NCBI GenBank assembly: GCA_023213395.1
Contig: CM041465.1
Coordinates: 219,115,741-219,179,740, forward strand
DNA length: 64,000 nucleotides
From: Cycas panzhihuaensis
Taxonomy: Eukaryota > Plantae > Cycadophyta
Direction of reading: 5' to 3'
The translations under genes were made by a program, and so were the position numbers. Positions 38,401 to 51,848 of the stretch are shown here, piece after piece; position 1 is the first letter of the stretch, and every line of letters begins with the position of its first letter. The notes beneath the pieces are model-generated. The model saw nothing but the letters and a program-made list of their open reading frames with translations, was not told where the DNA came from and did no database searches.

Positions 38401-39278
38401 CTCCAATAGGTATTTATAGTTAATTATTTATACTTAATTTGTTAAGTTTACTTAACTTGTATCCATGTACATTGGTAATAGCTCTATACTTTTAATTGTT
38501 CAAGTATGTTTGAAAAAATAATTAACTACTACATGTTTATATGATGGGTGAAGAGATGATCAAGGTCTTAATAGTGAGGAGGACTCTCAATGCCATATTG
38601 ATATTTATGTATAACCTAAGCGAGCATCCAATTTAGTAGGAGGGAGATCCTAAGATATTGGGTCCTTACACTTAGTATTTTGCACCTATTATCTGATCTC
38701 AAGACATGTATCAAGAGATATAGGCATAGTTGGTTGTATAAGAAGCATAGTTGAAGGTCGTAGAGGACAAGAGGTGGCACCTTTATAAGATGACCATCTT
38801 ATAGGTAAGTAGACATGTAACCCCTTTGACTAGCTAGAGTGTACACTAGGGTAGACATAGCCTTTATAGGAGGGAGAGATCTCATACCTAGTCTTATCAT
38901 TCAGAGAGAGGAAAGAGTAGCTCTCAATGACCATCATAAGGATGATTATTAACATGGGAAGTGAGACTTGAGAGGGAAGGGGCATGAGTCTACTCAATGG
39001 GCATAAGGATGTGACTATGGGAGCTCACCTATGAGCATTTGTACATGCCCATGGAAGTTATAAGACCATAACTTTATACCTATATATGATTTCTTATATT
39101 TTTATATATAATATATCATCATTTCTTGTCTATAAATATGTAAAACATGATTTATTCTAACCTTGCTTCCTCCTTTGTTCCCCCTATGGTGAATAAACAT
39201 GTATGAACTCAAATATATATATATATATGTGTGTGTGTGCTTTTTGTATTTTAAATATATTTTTTATTTTTTAATACC

Positions 39279-39391
39279 TTACTCTATACTAATTATAGAG
39301 TGTTCCATTAGTTTATACTCATTATGGAGTATTTAGTTAGTTTATACTCATTATGAAGTGTCCAGTTAGTTTATACTCATTATATAATATT
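39279..39391. repeat. 29-bp tandem array (TTAGTTTATACTCATTATRGAGTGTTTAR), ~4 copies
   Basis: Units start at 39279, 39308, 39337 and 39366. Confidence 0.9.
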
Positions 39392-39414
39392 GCATCCAAC
39401 TTAGAGTGATGAGG

Positions 39415-39819
39415 TTAGGAGTGATGATGCTTTAAAATATAAGAGACTAGAGAGTCAACTTTAATATTTTGACTATGTGATATATGTTGGATAGTAATAG
39501 ATGAAAAGTAGGATAATAATATCGAAGCCTGAGCATGAAAGGAGTGTAAATGAGATGAATGAACATGATATGCACTAATAAGTTGAAAGACTATGACTTG
39601 GGAATCAAAAAAGAGATTTATATGTCCATTATGGAGTAGTAAGATATTAGTTAAGGCTCCTATGATAGTAATATACTTGGCTTTATTGTTGGTTACTTAA
39701 GGTAGGAACATGCCAGTAGAGGTTATCACATTACCTATTTATTCATGAACAACCCATGTAGTAGTAGATGGTCCTATGTTACCTTGATTTTCTCTATCAG
39801 TATGTATGCTCGATACCAT
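39415..39819 (-). pseudogene. Stand-alone archaeal-type RNase HI ORF, segment C1 (135 codons, 2 internal stops)
   Basis: Manual translation: MVSSIHTDRENQGNIGPSTTTWVV...VTNNKAKY...GAL...FFDSQVIVFQL...IQHISHSQNIKVDSLVSYILKHHHS*. Confidence 0.88.
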
Positions 39820-40532
39820 GATAGAAAAAGGATCAAACTCAAAGACAAAGTGATAAATATAGGGATGTAGTGGGATGCCTACAAGGATATGGTTCTTATA
39901 TGAAAGATATAGTTTTGACTATAAGATGAAAAGGAGATAGGATCATGGCTAGGTTTTCTCATCATGAAAGCACCTCTCTAAATACAAACAAGGGTAAAAG
40001 GTCATTAGATGGTAAACATGTTTCAATCATAATTGACACCATTGTGGACCCAAGTAATTGGATCTAGAGGTCCTAAATGATACATCCCAATGGACCCATA
40101 CTACATTGCTACAGGTGGAGATGAAATCATCATGTGACTTTCTTTAGATACCAAGAGGGTAGAAACATAAAAGGATTTTTCTCTTTCTTAACTCACTTTT
40201 CTTTTTTATTTATTTTCTTCTTCTTCTTCTTTTGGTGTTTGTTTTTCTCTTTACTTCTACTACCATCCTAGGTCATATAATACAATGGTTTAGATGAGGG
40301 TCATGTTAAACTAGGCATCATTGAACCTGCTTTCTAGATAATAGGTAATCACCACTTCAACTATAATTATCATGTAATTTTCATCAAGATACAATGAAGA
40401 GGAGTGAATGAACTCAAGTGCTCGATGATTGACCTAACCACAAAACACCAATACCTCTTAAACTATAACAAGAATGACCTTTTCAATGAAACTAAGGAAA
40501 TGAGAAAATATGAACCAAATCCTCAAAGGTTG

Positions 40533-40754
40533 TGTTGAAAATTAGACTAAATAGAGTTTTAGAAAATGAAACTAAATTCTCCATTGATTTGATGAGAGGG
40601 ATGTTACCTCATTTATACAAGTAATATTACATAACTGATTTGCATATAGATGATAAGTGTCTATCATGAGTGGAAAGTGTAGGCTTAATATAAATAGGGT
40701 ACCCCTTTGTCTTCATAAAATATAACCTTAGAATAAAGCATTAACATTCTAACA
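40533..40754 (-). repeat. Copia-2 3' LTR
   Basis: Plus-strand TGTTGAAAATTAGACTAAAT...ATTCTAACA matches 54450-54682. Confidence 0.92.
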
Positions 40755-40774
40755 CCCTCTATTAATGTTTTATC

Positions 40775-43367
40775 CTTTAGCTTTCATTCTGAGTAAATCC
40801 TTAAAATATTGAAATTTATCCTTTAGTAATGGTTTTATAAAAATGTATGTGACCTATTAATTATTATTGCAATATTGTAACTTGACTTTTTTATTCTAAG
40901 TCTTTTCTCTGATAAAGTGATGATGAACCTCTATGTGTTTGGTCCCTACATGAAAGACAAGATTCTTGGTAAGCTTAATCACACTTTAATTATCATAATA
41001 TGTTATTTTTATCTTTTCATAGCCTTGATTTAGATCATTCAATAGTTGCATTAGCCAAATTTCTTCATAGGTTGTATTTATAGTAGTCTTATATTCTACT
41101 TTTATAGAAGATAACACTATTATTGGCTACTTTTTATTTCTTTAAGATGTTATAATAGTTCTAAGACTAAAACAGTGTCTAGATGTTGATTTCCTTTCTA
41201 GGGATTCTCCAACCCAATCAGAGTTAGTGTATCAAATTAGATCTGGCTTATATATCCTTGTGTACTATAACCCAAAATTCAAGGTACCTTTAATATATCT
41301 CAATATTTTCCTAGCAACATTCTAATGCACCATCTTTGGATTATGCATAAATCTAAAAATGACTCCAACAAAGAAGAAAATATGAGGTTTGGTTAGTGTT
41401 AGATAAATTAATCTCCTCACAAGTTATCTTAAGAGAGTTTCATTTACTTCTTATTGTTTACTCTCATTAGAAGTTAGGACATAGCCTGCTTCCATTAGTA
41501 TAGAAATTAGATTATATTCTTCCATGTTGAATCTTTTTAGTAGGTTTTTTGCATATTTGGATTGTGAGATAAAAATCCCACTTTCTCTTTAATCAATTCT
41601 TATACTAAGATAGTAGTGGAGAGCACCCAAGTTGGTCATTTTAAATTTCCTTTCCATGTGTCCTTATATCTAGCTAATGGTTTGATCATCATTCCCTCTG
41701 ATAATTAGATTATATACATATGTTATAATTATGGTGATCAAATTGCCTTATATTTTTATATAAATACTAGGATCTACTTAACATCTATGCAAACCTCCTT
41801 GTTGTAGATGAAGATCACTTGGCATACCAGGCTTTGGGTGCCTTTTTCAATTTGTAAACTAGATGTTCTTCTCTATTTTGTTTTTATTGGAGTGGTTATT
41901 CTGTATAAACTTCTTCATTAAGATCACAATTCAAGAAGACACTTTTTACATCCATTTGTACAATTTTCCAATTGTGTTAAGATGTTAAGGCTATGATAGT
42001 ACAAATGGTTATGAGCTTTGCAATAGAAGAAAATGTCTCTTCATAGTTAATGCCTATTATTTGGGTGTATCCTTTATTTACAAGCTAGGATTTATGTTTT
42101 TCTATGCTCCCATTAGATTTCCTTTTATTTTATATACCCATTTATAGCCTATAATAGGTTTATCCTTTAGAGACAAAATTAGATCCCAATTGTTATTTTG
42201 ATTTATGGACTTCATTTCCTTGTTCATAACTTCTTGTCATTCTATGTTTCTATAAGCTTCTTTAAAGTTTTGAGGCTTGATTGAGCAAACCAAGGCTTAA
42301 TGGCTTTAAGATTTGGTTATGTATTCAAAGATGTGCCCTCTCAATTCTTTAATAGTTTTTAGGTATCATTTAGGTAGCTTTTTTCTTGAAATATTTTCCT
42401 ACCCTTCTTCTCCAGTTAATGTTTCTAATTCTTCTTGAGGAGTTAGCTCTTTTGTATCTTCTTAAAAGAACAATTCTTCTTGAGTAGGACTTATAGTAGC
42501 TTCTATATTTTCTTCTACTATTATACTCTTTTGAGAATAATCAATATCTTTACTTATTGAGACCCCTTCATCAAAGGTTATATCTCTACTTACATATATT
42601 TTCTTTGTTTTAATGTTTATGCATTAGTAGGCTTTTGATCTTGTATTATATCTAACTAAAATACATTTAATACTTTTATCATATAATCTGGTTCTCTTAT
42701 GAGTTAGAACATATATATAGGTAGGGCATTCAAATGTTCTTTGATAATTTACATCTAGATTTATACTTGTCTAAGCTTCTTCTGGAGTGACCAAGTACAT
42801 AACAATTTTGACAACTTTAGTCTAATATATGTTTGATACATTTTTCTCCTTCATTATACATATAGCCATCTTAGCTAAGGTCCTATTTAATCTTTTAACT
42901 ACTCCATTCAATTGTGGTATGTATACAGTAGTGATTTTCCTATGAATGCCATGACTTTTATAACATTTTGAAGGTTCATTTGAGATATATTCTACCCCTC
43001 CATATATCCTAAGCATCTTTATTTGATGTTGACGTTCAAGTTCTACTTGATCCTTAAACTCTTTAAAGCATATGAACACTTTAGATTTGCTAAAGATAAA
43101 ATATACCTAAGCTTTTATAGTAAGATCATATATAAAGGTGAGAAAGTACCTCACACCATTTATAAAGTTTGGTATAATAAGTTCACATATATCACTATGA
43201 ATTAGTTATGATTTCTCTTTTACTCTTTAGTTGCTTTCTTAGAATGACATTCTATTTTTTTTTCCTAACATGCAAATTTTACAAATTGAGGAATTTATTA
43301 TAAAATTGGCAAGTAAACCATCAACCATCTTAAATTTTTTTAGCATTTTTAATCTTTCATTTATAAT
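40775..43367 (-). pseudogene. Copia-2 pol, 3' part (integrase, RT, RNase H)
   Basis: ORF 42822-43079 (FKEFKDQVE...LRIYGGVEY...PQLNGVVKRLNRTL) is integrase; VQMDVKSVFLN is RT; SDWVGES and NLVFHVGTKHIEVHHHFIRE are RNase H. Confidence 0.9.
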
Positions 43368-43558
43368 TCTTTTTTTTTTAATTAGGTAAAAGAATATTAA
43401 GGGTTTTAAAGGGATCCTAAAACTTTTACATTAGTAACCTCTCAGCCATGAAAAAGGAACAACAGCCATGATAGGCCCATGGCCTAACCAACCCCATAAG
43501 AACCCAAAACCACCTTGCCACGACAAGCCCTGTGGCTAGCTCTACTACCTTTTCAGGT

Positions 43559-46500
43559 CTAATCCTCCTTAACTAGTCTCATAATTTCTTCCAGGATATC
43601 CTCTCTCCACACAGTGAGTCCTCTACGATTAACACCCCAATTAGCTAACTTATCTACTGCCTTGTTACCTTCTCTATATGTGTGTCTGAAAATGACATTT
43701 GTAACTTCTCTTAGTGTCTCTTTTATATCCATGATCATAGCTTGAGTTCTCTACTCTAGATCATATAATCCTTTAAGAAGATTTATCACATTTAATGAGC
43801 CCTTCTAGGATCACCTTATCGTAACCCTGCTCTACTACCATATCCATTGCTCTCTATATGGCTACCATTTCAACCCTATGATTTGTCTACTACCCAAGGT
43901 ATTCTACAAAAGCCCACTTGACCTCTCCTTTGGAGTCTCTATAAATACCCCCTCTCCCAGCTTTCCCTAGGCTACCTTTCAAAGCCCAATCAAAGTTTAT
44001 TTTAACCCAAGGGTCCTTTGGGGGGATCCAAGAATAAGCTCTTCTTTCCTCCTCTTACACTCTAGGAGTCAACCCCCATTTTTGTAAAATAGCTCCCTCT
44101 AGTGTTGTGATCTATTTTTTGACTCTAGGTTTCACAATCTCCCCCAGTTCTAAAAAAATAATGTTGAATATTTTATATTCCTCTATTTGTCTATCTTGGA
44201 AGACCTTTCTGTTCCTCTCCTTCCATAGGTTCCACATCACCATTGGTGAGGAGAAATGCCACACATTGGACAGAGTTTTAGACCTGAAGGGACTATGCCA
44301 GGAGATCCACTAATCCATCAGGCTCCTAGGAAACACCCAATGAACCTTAAAAAGGTCCATCACTAAGCTCCATACTTTCCTTGAGAAAGTGCAATGAAGG
44401 AAGATATGATCCACAGATTCCTCCTCTACTCGATAGAGGATACACTTATTTGGCATCACAAACTCTCTCTTCCTGAGGTTATCCACTATGGGAATTTTGA
44501 TTTTCAGGCATACCCACCAAAAAATAACAATATTTGGGGTCAACCCAAGCTTCTACACCCCTTCTAGAATGGGGTTCCTCTAATATCCCTTTTCAAGGCA
44601 AAGGAAATAATAACCCAAATTTACTGAGTAGTCTCTAGAGGCAGATGTAGGCCACACCATAGTATCTGCTTCCATCCTCTTAGGTATATAATACCACTCG
44701 ATCTTCCCCTTCAAAGCTTCCAAACTATCCTAAGGGGCTACCTCCCCCTGCAATTCCTCACAACTCCTCTATCTTTTAGTCCTACCGCTCCCTTCCTAAT
44801 AATCTTTCATTTTTTCCCTAAATTTAGACTCATATAGGGGTTGAACCAAAGATAATTCAGGACTAATTTTCGGTTGTATGTTTTCACACCATATATCCTC
44901 CCAAAAGTTGATGGTATTACCATCTCCCAATCTCCATTGCACTCCTACCTTTAACATACCTTTGAATTTTAGTATGCTCCTCCAGATTAGGGATCCCAAA
45001 GTGGAGGTCATACACTTAAGAAATTAACCCCCTTACAGGTACTTTTGAGATAGAATTCTATTCCATAAACTACCTTCTCTTTTAGTCAGATGCCAACCCA
45101 ACTTTGCTACTAGAGCCTTATTGAAAAGGGATAAACTCTGAAGATTTAGGCCTCCAACCCATTTTGGGAGGCAGACTTTCTACCAACCCACTAGGTGAAT
45201 TCTATCCTTCTCCTCCATCCTAAACTAGAGAAACCTCTTATGGATAGATTCCAGGATCACTATAATCTATCTAGGCATTCTAAAAATGGACATATAATAA
45301 ACTAGGATTCTTTGAAGAGAGGTAGTAACCAGAAGGGCCTTTCTAGCTTGACTTAGAAGGGCACCTTTCTAGCCTGCCAACTTTCCCTATATTCTATTAA
45401 TGATAGGGTTCCATAGCTCCTTATCCATTTTTCCCATGAATAGGGGTATACCCATGTACGTAGTAGGAATATTACAAATAGGCATATCAAGGATTCTATT
45501 GATCCTCCTCTGAGTATGCTCTGATGTATTTATAAAGAATATGGTACTTTTGTTAAGATTTATCTTTTGGTTTGTCACTTGCTCAAACTTCTTTAGCGCT
45601 TCTTTGAGTCTATGAGCTTCCCCTATGGTCGCCTAAGAAGATGTTATCATCAACAAATTGATGATGCACCATATTATCAATACTAGAAGTGGAATTTATC
45701 CCTTCAATTATCCCCAACCTTCTTGCCTCCTCTATCGCCCTTCCTAGGAGCTCAGCCAAAATTATAAATAGGTAAGGAGATAAAGGGTCTCCCTATCTCA
45801 GACCTCTGAATCCTAGGAAAAACCTTGTTGAAATTCCATTAATGATCATAGAATACTGGATCTTGGAGATGCAAAGTTTCATCCACTCCCTCCATATTTC
45901 CCCAAATACAAAAGCTCCTAGGTAATCCATTAGGCAATCCTATGAAACTCTATCATAGGATTTTAAGAGATCAATTTTAATTATCATGTTGGGCTCCTTC
46001 TTGTGGTAAGCTAAATTTAGGGTTTCATGGATGGTGACTATATGATCTGTAATATGTCTCCCTTCCATTAAACCATCCTAGTTTGTGGATATGATCCCAG
46101 GGAGAATCATCTTTAGCCTATTTGATAAAATCTTAGCTAGGATCTTATATTTTATATTGTAAAGGATGATAGGATAGAATTCCTCCATCCTTTTTACCCC
46201 CTCCTTTTTTGGGTTTAGCACAATAAACATAGCTTACCATTCACCCAAAATCTTATAGTTCCTATAGAACTCATTCACAGCCTCCATCGGGTCCCCTGTA
46301 ATTATGTCTCAAAAATCTTAGAAAAAACTAGGAGGGAAGCCATTTGGGCCCGGTACTTTCTACCTCTTCATCCTAAAAATAGCCTTCCTAACTTCATCCT
46401 AGGTGAAAGGAGTTTAAAGTAGGGCGTTATGATTTTCATTAACCAATTTGGGAATAGTCCTACCAAAATCCTTCCTAATATCCCTGCCCTAACACCTTAA

Positions 46501-47729
46501 CTCCTAAAACACCTCCTTAAAGTAATCCATAGTTGTGTCAATCTCTTCATATCCCTTAACTTCCTAACTAACTTTGTTTAGTAAGCTATTAATTTTGTTG
46601 CTAGTTTTATATTTCACCACTGTTATGTGGAAAAATTTAGTGTTTCTATCCCCTTTGACCAACCATAGTGCCCTAGATTTTTGCCTCTAGACAATCTCCT
46701 CATTACTTAGAGTCTCCTCTAAGTTCTTAACTAAATCTCTTTCCACGTTGTCTAATTCTTGGGATTTTTCTTCCTCCTGAATTCTGCTGTCATTGGCCTA
46801 TAGGTCCTTGGTGATATGATCCTTGATGACAAAGATGTTACCATGGACCTCTTTGTTCCACCTTTTCATATGTCTCTTAACCCAATCCAACTTCTTGGAA
46901 AACCTATACATTACACATCCTTGTATAGGCACCTCCCACCATTCCTCCACCAATTCCCTAAAGTTTGGATGTTTAACCCATAACATTTCAAATCTAAATG
47001 GGGAGCTCAGGAGCTTCTCTGAACTAGAAAATTCCAATGCTAAAGGTGAGTGATCTAACATGGTCTTCTGGAGTGCCTCTAGCCTAATGTTGTTATAGCT
47101 TCTATCCCAGTCATAGTTAACCAACACTCTATCTAGTCTCATAAGGATATGTTGCTTTCCAATTCTTTTGTTTGACCAGGTAAACTTTGTGCCAAACCAA
47201 AGGGGCATCCATCAATCCCTCTCTCTACATAAAAGAGCCCAGATTATGCATACTACTTTTCCATCCCTCTTGACTACCTCTTTTCTCACTAGAGGAGAGG
47301 ACTGTGTTAAAATATTTGGCCACCATCTAGGGAGCTAGACATTCTTTTTGGTCCTCCAAGATCCTAGCCCATAGTATCCTCCTCCCTTTTGACTGATTTG
47401 GTGTATGTAAATTAGTGTCCAACCATTTAAAATTGGTTTTTCTACTCATGAATCACACATAAATAAAATGAGGTCCCATTTTATAAACCTCCCCAAGCCA
47501 TTCTTTCAAATTCCATAAACTAGCAATCCCCTAGCTCCTTGATTACAATCCACTAACAACATCTTAGCTTTCCTCTAGATTTTATCCTTAACCTGCATGA
47601 TGTTCTCCCCATTTAACTTTGTTTATTATAATAACAATATATCTAGTTTACTCTTAGCCTCAGATCTTTTAATATCCTCTATTTTGAAGGAGCATTCATC
47701 CCCCTGATATTCCATGAAATAAGCTTCAT
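43559..47729 (-). pseudogene. LINE ORF2: AP endonuclease, RT, zf-RVT, RNase H
   Basis: MKLISWNIRG, FTWSN...RLDRVLVN...DHSPL, FRFEMLW, RGLR*GDPLSPYLF, TYMGIPL, GDGNTINFWEDIW, C..EEESVDHIFLHC, WVKINFD, HTYREGNKAVDKLANWG. Confidence 0.93.
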
Positions 47730-48871
47730 CTTCTTCTCCTAGGTTTCCAATACTCTCCTCCTTCCTCCCTTTGTTCTTCCTGAGCTTCTTCTTTAGGTCT
47801 TTGTATTGGTCCTTATAAGAAGCCCTCTTTTAATGTTTTCTGGTTACCTTGATCCATTTGGGAGGCTGATTCCCTCTCTCTCAGTATCCTGAGTGGAGGC
47901 CTACCCACTCTTCTATCTGATCTAACATCTAGTCCTTTTCATTGTCTATGATCTCTTTACTCCTCTTGGGGCAATTTTCCTTTGATTATCCACTCCCTAT
48001 TTAGATCTCCTCTAGCCTAATGTCTCCCTCAGCCCTCAAGTTCCTCCTCTTATCTTTCATACTCCTTCTAAGGGGAGGCACCCCTCCCTTCCATCTTTCT
48101 TCTTTCCTGGGACTCCTCCCCTACCTCATCAAGTCTGTCCTCTACCTCCAGGTTGAAGTCGGTCCCCTCTGTAGAGTCTGTATGAGGGACTTCTGGGCTC
48201 CCCAGCTCTTGGATATCCTCTTTCTTTGATAACTTGTCTTATGGAGTATCTTTCACCTCCTATCCCTCCTCTTCCTCTTTCCTTTCTATTTTGTAGGTTG
48301 TAGGCTACTCCTTACTACAGTCCTCCATGTCAATCTACACCTTATCGAGGAGATCCTTGCATGTCCTAACCAAGACATAAAACCTTATATTAATTAATCT
48401 ACTCCTATTGCTAGTGGTAGAGTCCACTGCCAAGAGTGGGCTAATAGCTTTCACTACCCCCTTTATAGCTTCCTTGCTTTAAAATTAGAGGGGAAAGATA
48501 AGCATCTAAACACAAACTGGAACTTGCTTAACTGATGGAACCGAGGGATGAAAATCAAGATGCCATTTTTCTAAAAGCAAGGCCTTTCTTCCTAGGATCC
48601 AGGGGGATCTCAATAGAATATTAGCCATATCCTCCATGGATGCAAACTTGAACAACACATAGCGCCTCATAAGGGCCATGACTTCCACCAAATTACCAGT
48701 CCTCTACCTACTTCTGATCTAGCTCCTTATCACATTTAGCCCTGGCCTAGGGCCTAAGAATTTGCCAATCAGGCAGTTCTCCCAGTGTTTCTCCATTCTT
48801 TCAACTAAATTTTTAGGTATTAGTATTCTGATTTTATCATTCTTAATGATAGGTGTTATATCAAAGTCATC
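47730..48871 (-). pseudogene. LINE ORF1, 3' part (DUF4283-like domain); the 5' part continues at 52113-~52300
   Basis: WENCLIGKFLGPRP...YVLFKFASMEDMANILLRSPWILGRKALLLEKW...VPVCV. The reading frame rejoins across the TCATC TSD. Confidence 0.85.
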
Positions 48872-49117
48872 TGTTACGAACCCTCTTTAAGGTTAATCAA
48901 TTATTTATTAATGAAAAGACACTTTTTGAAGAGTTGTGACCTTTTATGGAAAGGGCCTATTATGCACCTATAAATAAAGGCCTCTATTGTATTGTACATC
49001 ATCATGTTATCTTATCAATCAAATATTTGGTCTATTGACTATAACTTACCTCAGTATTCTGGTGTGCTCTCTTGCTCGTTTGGGTTTGTCTTCAAGTTAT
49101 GAACTGGGTTCATAATA
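48872..49117 (+). repeat. 5' LTR of the non-autonomous element
   Basis: Consensus termini form a 12-bp inverted repeat TGTTATGAACCC...GGGTTCATAACA. TATA box CCTATAAATA at ~48967. Confidence 0.95.
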
Positions 49118-49119
49118 AG

Positions 49120-49131
49120 TGGTATCAGAGC
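49120..49131 (+). promoter_or_regulatory. PBS, tRNA-iMet (TGGTATCAGAGC)
   Basis: Exact consensus 2 bp after the LTR. Confidence 0.95.
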
Positions 49132-50652
49132 AACATTCTTGCCCTATGGAAAATCATTTAGAAGCTAGATTGTTCTATAGTAATATACATTTAAAGAAGT
49201 GACATGAGATCTTCTAGATTTATCTATTAGAGTCACTCAACCTTTGTTTGAGTTAGAATTGATAAAAACACAATATCCACCATCAGAAACACTATATATT
49301 TGTGTAAGATCAATGCTAGATTAACTACTCATATGCATCCCATTTTTTGTCCAAGTTGTTCGTATCATCGTCCATTGTGTCGTCTTCCTCGATTGGGGTA
49401 TCACTGCCGGAAGGACATCCACGCCACCAGTCTATAATATCTTGCGTACTGTCCTTTTGTAGCTGTTGTGATTTGTTAATCTTTCATTTTAGTAGTGTGG
49501 TCAGGAAGGAAATATTGGGCCAGTCGCCCCTCCTATTCCTGCGATAGTAGAGCATGCAGAGCTCTTATTCTTTTGTTAATAGATGGAGATCGCTGGGAGA
49601 ACATCCTGTCAACTTATGAACCTTATTCGAGTAAATTGTGAACTATATTTACGTATCCTATTGTGATTTAGTATGAATTACTCTTCAGCCATCCCTGTGC
49701 TACCCGTGTCTTCCTCTAAATAATCTACTAATATTACATTAATATTTCCATTATTGTATTATTCGACCAATGTTAGAAATGTTACTGTTGTGTTAATATT
49801 CTTTTTATTGTCTAATCTGCTAAATATTGAAGCACAATGATAGTATCAGTTATCATATTTACTCATAAATCATTATGTTGTATTAATATTATGTAAATGT
49901 CCTCGTCGCACTACATTTAGACTTTGATCTAGTATTTTGAGAGGCATATTAGCAATACTCTCATTTACAACAATTTTAATGTAGCTTAAACAAGTATCCA
50001 TACAAAGTATATATTATTATGTTGAACAATGTTTATTGCAAAACTCTTATTTCTATGACTCCTTGGATTTGGTTGCATAAGACACATTAATCTACCTGCC
50101 AAAGAGCATGATAATAGCCATTTCCTCAACTGATCACATTGGCATGAGATTTGTAGCATCAGCATAGATGCCAAATAAAAATAATTATTCTGGCGTGGCC
50201 ATATTGATATGACATAGACACAGTGTGTCACATTACAAATATATTTATAAATACTCTTATACAATCTTATAAAGATTGGGCAAATTATAATTTTTAATTT
50301 GTTGCCTAAATAAATCAATTATTTTATATACATACAATAGAGGAATAATAATCATCTTTATTTACTCCAAAAGTTCATTAAAACATCATACACCATACAT
50401 CACAATCACGAGATACCACAAGTGAGTGATTGCCTAGTAGTGTGCCTCAAACTTGCCACTACTATCATTGCCTATATTAATCTTGTGGCATATACTACTA
50501 ACAACACTATATTCTTATTAGGATGCATACTTACTAGCCATTGACATCATACAGAAGTGTCACAGTATTACAAAGAGTGCCACTTCATTATTTAAAGTTA
50601 TATTACATAGTATAATCTAGTGTCTCCTTCCACATCATTTATCACCCTGAGA

Positions 50653-51283
50653 ATGCAATTATTATTTCATGGAGTAAGATTTGTGTTACTAGGATTCGAC
50701 CCTACAACACAAGACAAATATGCAACAGAGTTTGTATACCATAGGGAATTCAATGCGAGATGATATGATATAAGTTGTACTCATGTCATCATTTACTAAT
50801 CATCATATTATAATTCTATTTGTATTATGGCTAGGAAAGATGGGAAGGCATTGGTCACACACTTATGGGTTGCAGATAGTTTGGCCAATGGAGTACTTGT
50901 GGATACTGACAAGATATTATATAGACCTATAAGAAATATGTTGGACATTCCTGGTAGTGCATCTTTATGTATTTGTTTAATAGGATATCAAAGTCAATAT
51001 CATTGTGCCATTATGAGAATGGTTGAAATAATTGGAGCATGATTTATTAAACTGTTGATTGTGAGTGAAGTAACACACCTCATTTGTTACAAACATGAAG
51101 GTGATAAGTACAGGGTTGCTAAACAAATGGGAATAAAGTTAGCCAATCACCATTGGCTTGAAGATTATTTGAAGGCTTGGGCATTACTTCCTGAAGAAAT
51201 TATCTGAAAAGTGGATGGGAACTAGAACTTTTTAAAGTAGAGGCTAGTGTTTCAAAGGATATTCAAGAAAGCCTAAGTTGTTA
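50653..51283 (+). pseudogene. BCP1: Processed pseudogene fragment of a tandem-BRCT protein (Arabidopsis At4g02110/BCP1-like N-terminus)
   Basis: One frame from 50653: FHGVRFVLLGFDP...SCTHVII...ICIMARKDGKALVTHLWVADSL...ILYRPIRNMLDIPGSASLCICLIGYQ...IMRMVEIIGA*FIKLL...VTHLICYKHEGDKY...NHHWLEDYLKAWALLPE, then a frameshift to KSGWELE. This matches my recollection of the At4g02110 protein. Three stops, one frameshift, no introns. Confidence 0.85.
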
Positions 51284-51848
51284 GCCTCTGTTATCAATAT
51301 ACAATCAAGACTCATACAGTCATTCTACTGGTTTATATAAATCTCTTCAAGAAGAAGCAATGACTTATGGAAAACTAAGAAGAAATGAAAAGATTTCAAA
51401 TTCAGAAAGTGGATAATAAATCTGAGAAGTTTTCAAGCTGTGGTATTAAACCAGACATTCGAAAATAATATTATATATGTCGACAACTTAAAGTCAAAAT
51501 TGAATGGAAGATTCTGTGGCAACCATCTTTATCTTGCAGGCAAAAGCATATATGAATTCAATATTTTTGTAATTGACATCTACCAAAGAATTCTAATTGT
51601 CCCACCATCCCATCAACCTATTCGAGCTTATTGTTATGTGTGTATTCATTATTTGAAGTTCTAGTAAATATGACTTGACGACATACATCGGATGATTATG
51701 ATATCCTTTTATTAGCAAGAGGAGATATCAAGCTAATCGTTATCACGTTTTGAGGACAAAACATTTCAAGAAGAAGCTTTTGTTATGAACCACCTTGAAT
51801 GAAGTAATCAACCAATTATTCAAGTTTGTTTTGTGGGTGAAACATCTT

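Larger units (their letters stand above)
32910..40200 (-). mobile_element. Tat-like accessory segment C1 (unknown ORFs, PMD-like ORF, 29-bp array, aRH); direct-repeat copy of 56790-64000
   Basis: Collinear similarity of roughly 75-80% by eye from TGGTTCTAYATCTTAGG to GATTTTTCTCTTTCTTAACTCACT. Contains aRH and PMD homologues of element B. Confidence 0.8.

Noticed and set aside
38640-38670. GGGTCCTTACA (and GGTCCTCACA near 62556) as an LTR terminus of segment C
   Set aside because: No adjacent PPT or PBS, and a coding-like frame appears to run through it in both copies.
49986-50318. 110-aa minus-strand ORF inside the non-autonomous element
   Set aside because: AT-rich, no recognisable motif and likely a chance ORF.
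50653-51283. A functional host BRCT gene
   Set aside because: It has in-frame stops, a frameshift and a truncation, and lies within LTRs.
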